From the NCBI GenBank assembly GCA_965287045.1, contig OZ336878.1, forward strand, positions 105,772,001 through 105,836,000: a stretch of 64,000 nucleotides of DNA, in the 5' to 3' direction. Both the position numbers and the translations under genes were made by a program. The notes below the pieces were generated by a model. It saw nothing but the letters and a program-made list of their open reading frames with translations. It was not told where the DNA came from and searched no databases. This document shows positions 53,430 to 64,000 of the stretch, piece after piece. Source of the stretch: Carcharhinus amblyrhynchos (taxonomy: Eukaryota). Numbering within the stretch: the first letter of the stretch is position 1; every line of letters begins with the position of its first letter.

Positions 53430-54550
53430 CTCAAGTCGATTTTTAAGATTGCTGATGGCAATTGTGCAATGGATTGGATCTCAAACAATGACATGGCGGA
53501 GTTCAGAAAAGGTATAGAAAATTTGTTGAAATAGTGCGACAATATCTTCAATAACAGTAAAACAAAGGAGACAACCGTCGACTTAAGGGAACGTAGTAGA
53601 GGAATTGTCCCCTACTACATGAACGGTAATGAAGTCAAAGTCGTCGATTTCTTCATGCCTCCAGGAGTCCAGATCAGCAACGACCTGACCGTATTCCTTT
53701 ACTCTCACTTGATATTTAAGGAAGCTCACCAACGCCTCTATTTTGTCAGGAGACTAAGGATATTCGCTATGTCTGCCAAGTCTCCCAAATTTTCATAGAT
53801 GTACCATCGAGAGCGTCCGTTCGGGATGCATCGAAGCTTGGCGTAGCTCTTGCTCTGACCAAAGCTGAAAGAAACTCAAATGGATTATGAACGTAGCCCA
53901 ATCCATCATACAAACTATCTTCCCATCCATTGACATTGCCTACACTCCTGCTGTCTCGGAAAAGCGGCCAACACAAACAAGAACACTTCACCGGCATACT
54001 CGCGTAAACCTTTCTTCATTAAAGTAAAATTGAAAACACATACCAATTGACTCAAGAAGAGCGGGGACGGAACGGTAGCATAGTGGTTAGCAATGCTGCT
54101 TCAGAGCCAGGAACCCGGATTTGGTTCCCGGCTTGGGTCACTGTTTGTGGAATTTGCACGGTTTGCCCGTATCTGTGCGAGTTTTCTCTGGGTGGTCCGG
54201 TTTCCTCCCACATTCTGAAAGACGGGCTAGTTCGGTGCATTGACCCGAACACCTACTGACTGTGGTGATTAGAGAAAGTTCACAACATTTTTGTAGTGTT
54301 AATGTAAGCCTTACTTGTGACAAATGCATAATCTTTAACTTCATTTGAACTTCACCCGTGCTGTCATTTGAACTTTAAATCGGCGTACCATATACTGCTG
54401 ATGTCTTAATCCTATCTCTAACTATAGCAACTTTCTTGTACCCTCTCCTGCCTTCTCCCTGAGTTAACTCTAAGAACAGAATGTTTTGTTTGTGGATCAG
54501 ACAGGAAAAAAGATACAATTTATCCCAATACCTGTGACAACAAATACATC
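53430..54550 (+). mobile_element. Rex1/Babar-clade LINE 3' portion, split by a SINE
   Basis: KIADG..MDWISNNDMAEFRKGIENL, SKTKETTVD, KEAHQRLYFVRRLR, RCTIES; tail tacctgtgacaacaaa. Confidence 0.85.
54062..54345 (+). mobile_element. tRNA-derived SINE nested in the Rex/Babar element
   Basis: ggtagcatagtggttagcaatgctgc...ggttcccggcttgggtcactgt; tail gtaagccttacttgtgac. Confidence 0.85.
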
Positions 54551-55117
54551 AAGTTAATGGATTTGAGGATCCCTTCAAAGAGTCACTGTATATAACGTGA
54601 AGGGAATCCTGAAAAGAGGTAAACCTGACACTTCACCTCACCCAGTGCAAGTTGCAACTGCAGAATCAGTTAAAAACAGCATCACCCGATTTTGAATGCG
54701 CCATATTTACAAATTCATACTCTCCCTCCGGCATTCGTGGGTCGGTTTCCATTGCCGAAATCTGCCTCTCTACAATAATCTGACACGAACTGGGCAGAAA
54801 TTAATGATCGAATAATGACTAGAAAAATGATTAATGTGATGTTTTCTAACTGGATATTATATCCAGGCATACAAAATATTGTATCATATTGCAGAATATT
54901 GGACATTTCAAAAAAAAATCACGATTTACGCATTAACTTCCAATGAAGAAAACAGTCATTAAAAAATATTAGGTATGTGGCCTGATGAAGAAGCTATCGT
55001 AAATTTAGAATATATATATATATATACATATATTTATTTATGACTCTATGCAACGAGCGATGGAGAACATTTCGAAATCTTTCCATAATACCCATGTTTT
55101 CTGCTACATTTGTTTTG

Positions 55118-55387
55118 TTTTATTAATGTCACATGTAGGCATGCAATAACACTACAATGAAGTTACTGTGAACATCCCCTGCTTGCCAAACTCCAGTACC
55201 CGTCTGTGTACACAGGGGGAGAATATATCATGGTCAATGCACCGAATCAGCACACCTTTCGGACTGTGGGAGAAAATCAGAGATCCCGCAGTGAAACGTG
55301 ATGACTCTGATCAATCAGAGGCCCAAGCCGGGAATTGTACCCACTTACCTGGCGCTGTGAGGCAGCAGTGCCCAGCACTCTGGCAGC
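55118..55387 (-). mobile_element. tRNA-derived SINE (same variant as 15727)
   Basis: ttattaatgtcaca...aatgaagttactgtgaa...ctggcgctgtgaggcagcagtgc. Confidence 0.85.
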
Positions 55388-57821
55388 ATATGAGTGTGGA
55401 CAAAGTATTAGTTTGTGGGTGGTATTAACATAGGGGGGAGCGTACGTGCTGAAGATGACGTGCATCACCCACAGAAGGACAGGTGAGAATCTCTTTAGAT
55501 TAGGGGAACAGGCAAAATTTTTGCCAATGGAAAACGGCGTAGTAAAAAAAAAAATCGCAATCATGCGCATCGCTGGAAAAAAAGTAACGGAAAGTAATAT
55601 TATTTAAATAAAAAATACGACAGGATACTTCAGCACCAACAACATTGGGTGTTCTTCGCACATAACTCACAAAAAGCCCGCATGGCAGTTCAGCACGCAG
55701 TTTTGAATGCCAAAGGTAATTTTGCCCAGTGCTTGACGTAGATTTGAGTCATGCAATGGGGAAGTCTAAAAATATACAGCATACTTGTTTACCCACACCT
55801 GGAATACTGCGACCTTTGTTGTCCCCTCGTCTCAGAGGAAAAAGAAATATATATATAGGAGGCAGTCCAGTGAATTTTCATCGGTTTGATCCTTGGTCTT
55901 CAGTTAGTTTTATATCTGATGAGGTTCAGTAATTGGTTCTGTTTCTCAACATAGTTAAACACAATGGCATACGTCCTGATTGAGACACATATGATTCTTG
56001 GGAGTCAAGGCAGGGTAGCTTCTGAAATTTTGCTCCCAATTTTGGAAGAGTGTAAGCTGAGGGCGTGCAATCTCAGAGAACGATGTCTCCGACGAAAGAG
56101 AGAGAATAGCACAATATATTCCCCCTGATTGTAGTAAATCTGTGGAATCGTTTACGGAAAGTGGCTGTGAAGATTGCCACATTCAGTATGCCTAAATAGG
56201 CAGAATTTAATCAGTGAAAGTTTATTGAGATAAGGTGGGAGACCGACGTTTAGAATAATTAGATCAGAAATTTTCAATTAAATAACAGAGATGGTGGGCC
56301 GAATCGCCAACTTACAATCTCTCGATAATTTCAAACTTGCATATTCCTGAACTGAGAGGAATGTTAACCCTGCAACTGATTTGCATCGAGCAGGACACAG
56401 AACATAAAAATCCAAAATTTGCAAGCAGCGGTTCAATGTATGGAAAGGGACAAACGTTCTGATTTTTTTTTTGAAATTAGCACTTACTGTCTCCGGCCCT
56501 GTGTGGTGAAATAAAGCTGATGGTACTATCCACAAGCTCCCCGATAATCCTGAAAGACAGGCGTTTTCTTTTCGGATTGCTGAAGAGAACTCTCTCAATA
56601 ATCAAATTACTCAAAACAATATGACTGCATGTCATTTCTAGCTATTGAAAACGAATCAAATTAAGAATCCGGAGGATCGTAGGAAACACTTGTTCATGTA
56701 GGAACGTTCAACGAGCCTTTCCTACGATGGAAACACATCAACCATGATTTTGTTTTAGCAATCTTGCAATTGTTGGCTAAGATGAACCAAAGTCAATTGA
56801 CTTTGCCAACACTGGCACACTTTACGACTTGTTGTAAGCATATGATAGTTATGTGCCCTTTCAATCAGAAGTTAATTCTTCAAGTCGGGCAAATGTGTTT
56901 CAATTATCAAAGAACCAGTTCGGACAGGCAAACTTTAAGGGGTCCAATCAGAGCTGGCATGTCAAACAATCAGTAGGCGTTTCCCCCTAAGATTAGCTGC
57001 TGTCGTTGTTGGCGTCCGAATGAGGGCAAGACAAAAAAAAAATCCAAACATAGGTAGCTTTGGTTTTTTTTTAACAAATATCAACATTTGCAATTATTTT
57101 TTACATGAATGACCCGCACTTACATCTGTCAAATATTTACAAAAGCGTTGATAACTCGTTATCTTCACACGCACACATCCTGCCATGCAACTTCACATGC
57201 TAATACAATCGCCAGTTCAGAGCTAATACGTAATATTGAAGAATTCATCTCGAAGTGAGAAGCGAACGTGTTTTTCGCTTTTAGCAAGGCGGCATTCCAA
57301 TGAGCCTCAGCTAACAAATATCCTGTTGCATTTAGAAAGTTGGAATCGCAACGATACACAGACCTCGTGAGGTCTGAGTATGCCCGGGGCCAGCAGCAAA
57401 AGCCATACAGGTGCATCTATTACCAGTGCAATATTACTTACATTTCATGTTTTGTGGCAGTTATCAAAACACATTTGTCAAACAGCTCCGCCTCATATCG
57501 GGGTGTGCTTGTTCTGATATAGCAAGTACTAAATCGATATTTGAGCTGTTTTTAACGGTTCATTATTGTTTCCAATAGTTAATTACTCATATCAAAAACA
57601 TATATTTAGAATAGGGACGGTATCCGATCCAGACTTCGTAGGCTGTGTGTTTTAACATTCGCAAACGATACCGACAGCTAGAAAGTTTAACTGTCGTGAA
57701 CTGCAATTAAATGAGCTCCTAAATAGAATGTCATGTTGGTATGTGTTATAACTCTTCCTTTCGTTCAGTTCTGTAATTGCATCATTTACCGATTTTTTTT
57801 TTCAAACAAGAAGCCACTCAC

Positions 57822-57848
57822 CCACTGTCTTAGCACGCAACTTTTGTT
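57822..57848 (-). CDS. Microexon 2 (27 nt), EQKLRAKTV
   Basis: ttctattgcag|AACAAAAGTTGCGTGCTAAGACAGTGG|gtgagt. Confidence 0.88.
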
Positions 57849-58333
57849 CTGCAATAGAACGTAAAATAGTTGGTGCGCATAATAATGAAAAAAAAACAGA
57901 AGAAATGAAAATGTATCACCTATGCTATGAACACCATGCTTAATGATAAAATGGTGATGGACGGTAACCGCTTCTGTCTGTTTTTGCTGTAGGCTTAGTA
58001 GTGAAAGAAACGTTTTTTTTCTCACAAATAACAATTCACCTTTGCATGTGATTTAAATAATATTGGTTTTGCAATCTCAGACTTTTAAATTGTTGATGGT
58101 TACCCTGTCGTAATATTTGTTGGGAATGAGTCCCCCGTTGCCGCACATTTCATTTGGTTCCAGGGCTTGGAAAATTACATCTGCTTACCCATTCCCTAAT
58201 TCGTCACCAATTGTCTGCTGCAATATTTAGTTGAAAACACGGATTATTAAAACTGTGTTTCCTGATATATTTCCACTTTGTTACTGCCTACTCAAGAGAT
58301 CCTGCACCGCTAAAGAAACGGACTGCTCCTTAC

Positions 58334-58357
58334 CAAAATCTAATAGCGTCTGGCTTT
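58334..58357 (-). CDS. Microexon 1 (24 nt), (x)SQTLLDF
   Basis: gtcattttcag|AAAGCCAGACGCTATTAGATTTTG|gtaagg; phase 1-1; positional counterpart of the 24-nt exon at 15509-15532. Confidence 0.8.
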
Positions 58358-58706
58358 CTGAAAATGACAATTAGAAAATAATTTTAATCGAAATTGAAGA
58401 CACACACTGTTAATATTCGCATATATTTTGACCTACGTAAGGTGACCCTGGTGCATTACATTCAATAAGACATATTCCCCGGGATGCCAGAAGAAAATTA
58501 TGCAAATGCCTAAACATTGCTTGGGCACTGTGGAACTTTTTTTAAATTTACCTGTGAACATGAAAAGGATGAAAAATCTGAAGCGGCGGGAATTGTTACG
58601 CTTTATGCATCCGATGCTCCTTGCATACCAATCATTGTTGTTCAACAAAGAAACCCAACTTCTCAAAAAAATCCTAATCGTGTGTCAATAATTAGTTAGG
58701 ATTGGT

Positions 58707-59299
58707 GGGCGCGAATTTCGGTGGCAGCCTATCATAATATATATAAAAAAAGTTCGCTTCAGCTGTTTCCAAGCGAATTGCTGACACTGCTATGCTGTAC
58801 TGAGATAACATTGCTGGAGTATGTAGGTGTGAAAACAGCAAAACACATCGCTGGGCGTGTGAGCATGAAGAGAGCCCACAGAAGCGTATCACCCCTTCTT
58901 TTCTTGTCGGCTTCCCTGAATATGTTGTCGCCACCTGTTCTGCCCGCTCTTAATGTCTTATATTCTTCAACAGCCCCATGGATCTGCGAAGTGTCCAAGT
59001 GCTGCAGATATCGTTTTTGTTCCCAAACCATCTCGCATTACTTAGAAGGCGCACAAACGAGTTTTGCTGCTGTCAGGATTTCTAGTGCTGACTGTCACTT
59101 TGTTTAGTCGGCAAACGTGCACTGACTGAAGGAAGTCACATAGTGAACTAATTGGTCCAAATAGCAGTCGTTTTCTCTGTCAGGCAGCTTTCCTTTGTGT
59201 AGGGGCGGCTGCCAGGATTTCACATCTCGGCGGGATGGTGGAAGGTGAAGCCGTTTATTGTTCCTCCAAATCCAGCCACCCGCCCGTAAAATGCAGCCC
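58707..59299. mobile_element. Probable MITE / non-autonomous DNA element
   Basis: Termini gggcgcgaatttc / gtaaaatgcagccc and subterminal ggcagcc / ggctgcc inverted motifs. Confidence 0.45.
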
Positions 59300-61185
59300 G
59301 TACAATTCTGAGGTTTATCTCACTATCAACACAATAGTTTCAACAATGAGTTCAATCTGGAAGACGGGTGATTTCGGGCAACCTATGGTTACTACCGCTT
59401 TAAAATTCATTGTGATACCTTACAAAGACGGCATACATTTTACAATCCCATGATATTGAAACATAATGGCATCGAGCATTCTACAGGCTCTTGCGTCCTG
59501 CACAGTTATTTCTAACTGCAGAATAAGGATTCGTTGTTTTTTTGTTGAATTTTGTAGAATAAATTGATCCAAGCAATCGATAGTCAAATAGTTTTACAAT
59601 CCAATAAGTTCAGTTCGCCATTGTTTAGAAGGTTATATGCTGAATAAGCAGATCAATCTCATCATTATACTGGCATTGAAATTTCTTGCAATCAAAAATT
59701 GTCATTTCCAGTGAAAAACAATAAACTCATATTTTCAAGAATGCTTTCCATTCAAAACGCAGGAACTGACAGATTAATTAACAATGTTTCGCAAAAGCCA
59801 TCGACGGAATGGTAACTTCATAAGATGTTGTTAAATTGGTCTAAACCAATTGTCCGTACGTGTTAATTCAAATAGAAGGTTGCTCTCAGTTGTTTGTTTT
59901 AATGCAGAAGAACAATACGACCCAATAATATTAATAGTAGAAAAAATGTTTGGAAGCTAATGTTAGCTTTGTTATTCAAAGAAAAAAAAGGTTCAATTAT
60001 GATCAGTCGTTAGTAACCCTCTATAACCATTATATCCTAATATAATTGGTTCCCTAAAATGGATAAGTATAGCATGTAACATTAAAAATTTCCTCAAGAC
60101 CTATTGTCGTTTGTAGAGCAAAAGGCTAACCATTAACCATACCTGTGTTTCCGAACCTTCATTTCCGGAAGGATTGGCTCTAATTTCTGACAATTTATTT
60201 TTCAAACTCTTCACCAAATTTGGATAGTTTAATACTGTTTATCTTACGCTCTGTGGCATTGTGGTGCGGTACTAACATTACTTTATTTAGACAGTGATCA
60301 CTGGTCCATTTCAGAACTTGATGGCTATGAGTATTGCGTTTCAGTAATGTGGCCATAAAAACGATTTTGATTTTGAAAATCATTGCAACACGTTTTTCGG
60401 CAGACAATGACAGTTTTAGAAATTCCTGGCCAGCAATGCTGCAAAATGCAGGGGCAGCCAAATGTACCACTTTATCCAGCATAATAATGGAGCAAACAAA
60501 CTTGAGACGATCTTGTTAGATTGTGATCACTGGAGAGAGAGATAAGGATTCTGCCATTCATAACATGACAATTTTGATTATATCGACATTTCGCCTTTTT
60601 TTTTGGGAAGATGACTTAGTCGGTACAATCTCTAAACGTCAATGAGGTTTTCCAATTGTGTAAAACTACAGTGTACTTCTTTCAATTTCAAAGAATATTT
60701 ACCACGGCCTGATGCCCACCACGTCTCATGTTACCCCTTCTGTGATTCAATGGGACATGAAGGAACACTAGCACAGCAGTTAACTTGTGGTGCTCAAATG
60801 CTGTCCATATAAATGCGTATGTTTCATTTGTTTTCTGCACATTTTTCCTGATACTAAACAATATGTACATGGATCCAAACGTATCATTCGATCGTGAATA
60901 TCTCCATTGTCGTGTCATTTATAAGCTTGGATTCTGATCCGTTCTTTCGTACAGATATTGTCACATATTAAGGCTTTGTATTCATTTTTGCCTCTTCTAT
61001 AATTGTGAAGGGAAATTTAAAGATAAGGTTTCGAGGGAGCAATATCCTTGGTCTCGGTGCTGGAAACAATTTATATTGAATAGTGCCTGTATAGCAATTT
61101 ACATTAGTAGGGAAAATAGTACGAAATAAACATGAATTAATTTACTGTTTTACGATCACGAAGAGCATGCATGAAAACGTCACCA

Positions 61186-61757
61186 TGTTTAGAGGAGCTC
61201 AAGATAGTAAAAAGACACAACTTGGATGCTAGTTTTAACCACATTCCAGAAACCACAAGCTGGCTTGAGCACAAGCTTATGCACAATAGACCAAAGATAC
61301 TGGACACTGGTACCAGTCCATGATCTGAGATCTCCGATGGAAATCAAACACGGAGCATTAGTACAGTCATGGGAAATGATAAGGAGGGCCACTGGCCAAG
61401 GGGTATTGTACAAACAAGGACTCCAGATGGGAGAAAGAACAAAAATAAATGATGAGGTTGCATGAGTCGTGATCCTGAGACCACGAGCTGTTCATGCACA
61501 AGACCACTTCACGTAATGCCTGTTTTATTGGCTATTTGACTACTGCATGCAATCTGTAAGCAATATTATTGGACAAGGTCCACCCGTGATGGGCTGAGTA
61601 GATGTTTGAAAAATGTATAAGAATGGATGGTTTTCCTTTGTTCGTCGGAGAGAGTCATTGGGTTCAACAGAAGCGATTTCCCCGTCGGCGAAAATAAACT
61701 GACGCGTGGACCAACCCTGAGCGGTGAGTGATTCCTCCGAGCGTCTCGCTTGCTAAT
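61186..61757 (+). mobile_element. Probable solo LTR (ERV-like)
   Basis: TG start, ATTGG boxes, TATAAG at ~61616, AATAAA at ~61693, U5-like gtgagtgattcctcc; no clean CA end or TSD seen. Confidence 0.5.
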
Positions 61758-61839
61758 ATTATGTAATTGAAAGCCTTCAAAAATGGTAGCATATCAAAAT
61801 ATCATGTAAAAAGTAAATGGATCAGCCTTTCTAAATTAC

Positions 61840-62000
61840 ACTCCGGTTTGCGAGTATTTTAGTTTCGATGGATTCGCCATTGCTTTCGTGCAGGCTTATG
61901 GGTTTCGGGCGATGGAATGTGCCTGGGTCAAATGTTCTTTTGGGAATCGGCCCAGACTCAACGCACCAAAAGATCTTCTGCATTTCGAGTTTCTACGGGT
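61840..62000 (+). mobile_element. HE1-type SINE 3' half (degenerate)
   Basis: atgggtttcgggcgat...gcctgggtcaaatgttcttttgggaatcggcccagactc. Confidence 0.45.
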
Positions 62001-62564
62001 GAACCTTTCACATATGTGTCTTTGACCATGTATTTCTATTGCCCATTGTGAAGTATTTTAGCAACTAAGTCCCTGTGCAACTTAGTAGTAGCATCATCAG
62101 CATCTTGAATCAGTGGGTGTAATGGACAACTCGAGACAAAGATTCCAACAGTCAGATAAACAGAAGAATATAATATGCACAGACCTGACACCTTCCCAGC
62201 AACAACAATTTCTGATTAAAAAAAAGGAAACAAGTAAAGTTTTACGATTCTGTAAAGAAGTGTAATTCTCTCAACTTTAACTGGAAAAAAAAGATGATCT
62301 TACTCTATAGTTCCGATTTTGTTATTGCCCCGCCCACTGTTTATAATTTGAGAATGCACGTGGGTTCGGTGGTGAGAAGATGTTACATGCCTGGCTTCTC
62401 TATCTCCAAATCGCACGGCAAGGCATCAGGCGTTGCAGACTCGGGGAAACGCGTATCCGCATTTTTTTTGTAATTGCGGAGGCCATCAAACTTCTAATTT
62501 CGCGCAAAATGTCGTGGGTACATACAACTTGATAGCAAGAAGCTGCCGCTGCGCTTGCACATTT

Positions 62565-62897
62565 TCCGTATTCATTCTGGACCTCAGCATCGCTGGCTGG
62601 ACAGAATTTATTGTCCATCCCTAGTTGCGTTTAGAGGGCAGTTGAGAGTCAACCATATACTATGGCTCTAGATTCACGTATAGACCAAATTAGAAAAGGA
62701 CTTCTGATTTGTTTCCGTTACGTGCATTAGGGAAGCAGGTCCGTACAACATCAATGATATCATGGTCATCAGTAAAAATTAACTTCAGTTATATTTCATT
62801 GAATTCAAAAACCACCAGCTGCTTCGGGACAACAGATCATTTTCTGTGTTTCTGGACAAATAGCCCAGCGATAATGCCACAAGGGTTTCGTCTTCCC
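62565..62897 (-). mobile_element. tRNA-derived SINE, second family
   Basis: atttattgtccatccctagttgc, agagggcagttgagagtcaacca, cagcgataatgccac. Confidence 0.85.
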
Positions 62898-63334
62898 TTT
62901 AATCTGGAAAGGTTCGTGTAATGTTGTCCTGAGAGGGACCATGTTAACCACGGCTTCACAGTGCACCGTGACCATCACAGAATCTCCGAAACATGAGACA
63001 CACATTCAACTTCGCTGTAGGTTCTCAAATATGCCATGTCTCCCAGCCGTCTTCAACTACAACCTCCTGCCACACGTCTCAATTAATTGGCTAGGGCTTG
63101 GAAAGTTGGCTCCAATGCAGCATACTTGTTTCATGAGCTGCCTCACTGGGCTTGCGATAATCAACATAATTCAATTTGATGCCTAATCATTTGCACGAAC
63201 AGCAGAGTAATTTAACGTGATTTATGATTCGGATCATCTGTACATCTGCACAGAACGCTGTAAAGTCTTTTCTCTTTAAACAATACATTGGAGAACTATG
63301 TTTCCTATGAAAGTGCGGAGATTCCTATGTTCTT

Positions 63335-63652
63335 ACATTATGCTCATCCCTAGCTGAGCTTCGAGGTCAGTTGAGAGTCAACCAAATTGATATGATTATG
63401 GGGTCACATGTAGACTTGACCAAGTTCGGATAGCTGATTTTGTTCGCTAAGGGAAACGAGTGAACCAGACGGTTTTTTTCCGATGATCAATAATGGATTC
63501 CCGGTCATGGAAAGATGAGTTATTACTTTTTTTTTGTATTAAATTTAAATTCCACTACCTGCTGAGGCTGAATTTGAACTCGAATCGCCAGAACATTAAT
63601 TCAGTTTATCAAATAACAGTCCAGTGATTATATTAATAGGACATCACGTTTC
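63335..63652 (-). mobile_element. tRNA-derived SINE, second family
   Basis: catccctagctg, cagttgagagtcaacca, gaatttgaactcgaatcgccagaacatta. Confidence 0.82.
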
Positions 63653-64000
63653 CTATGTCATGCTGGGCTGTTGTCCCCACATAAATTATCATATTATTAT
63701 TTAGACTTTGCCCCAGAACACTTGCTTTACGGCTCTTATTGCTGTCTTCGGGGAAACTAAGCCACCATACATTAAAATCATTCATCCAAATAATTTATAT
63801 CAGTTGTCAATATTTGAGAATTCGGCACTGATCTTTCAACCACGGCATTATCAGTTTGTCAGCACAAAAAAAACATTTGTTGCTACTGTCTCTTTCTCTG
63901 TTAGCCAACCAATCAATTGCCCAACCAATATACTATCACCACATTGTGGGTTCATAACATTCTTAGATGCCTTTGCACATTTTCCCATACCATGGAAATG

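Larger units (their letters stand above)
1..58357 (-). other. Span of an unnamed multi-microexon host gene encoding a long coiled coil (partial; both ends lie outside the identified exons)
   Basis: There are 24 complete AG/GT-bounded exons of 24/27/36 nt on the same strand, all phase 1-1. They join into one stop-free frame of 714 nt with heptad periodicity and an internal exon-order repeat. Confidence 0.9.

Noticed and set aside
5913-58507. Scattered octamer motifs (ATTTGCAT/ATGCAAAT)
   Set aside because: No associated leader or V exons; TGCA-containing words are common in AT-rich vertebrate DNA.
58358-64000. Expected upstream 36-nt exon or TM/Ig exon
   Set aside because: Strong acceptors at ~58552 and ~62281 lack an in-phase donor, and a donor at ~63990 runs off the window; nothing callable.
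1-64000. Prokaryotic systems (CRISPR, operons, rRNA/tRNA genes) and the remaining 60-150 aa ORFs
   Set aside because: No spaced direct-repeat array or operon structure; tRNA-like motifs are SINE heads; the short ORFs are random or lie in repeats.

Overview
This is eukaryotic, repeat-rich vertebrate DNA. The repeat families (HE1-type tRNA SINEs, CR1, Rex/Babar, Tx1 and Penelope derivatives) point to a shark or other elasmobranch (inference). The supplied ORF track finds only retroelement ORFs. Reading the minus strand by eye shows that almost the whole window (1-58357) is the interior of a host gene built from micro-exons: 24 complete exons of 24, 27 or 36 nt, plus a 25th cut by the window edge. 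Each has canonical AG...GT ends and symmetric phase 1-1. Spliced in order they give a stop-free ~238-codon heptad coiled coil (xSQTLLDF EQKLRAKTV ELENVKRDLQSK EDELRRRDV ... EERILHSKT ELKELQIIRKDI ER...) with a 17-exon internal super-repeat. The start and stop of the gene are not visible, so it cannot be named. The architecture resembles the heptad mini-exon tails of butyrophilin and chicken BG genes (hypothesis only). The introns contain a near full-length young CR1, an inverted truncated sister copy, and many old LINE, SINE and MITE fragments. They also contain a Penelope-derived 99-bp-arm palindrome with a minimal hammerhead motif and an 11-bp TSD, very old LTR-retroelement pol relics, and a 180-N gap. 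A probable solo LTR lies upstream of the first visible exon. All calls are manual and no database search was run; boundaries of old repeats are approximate.
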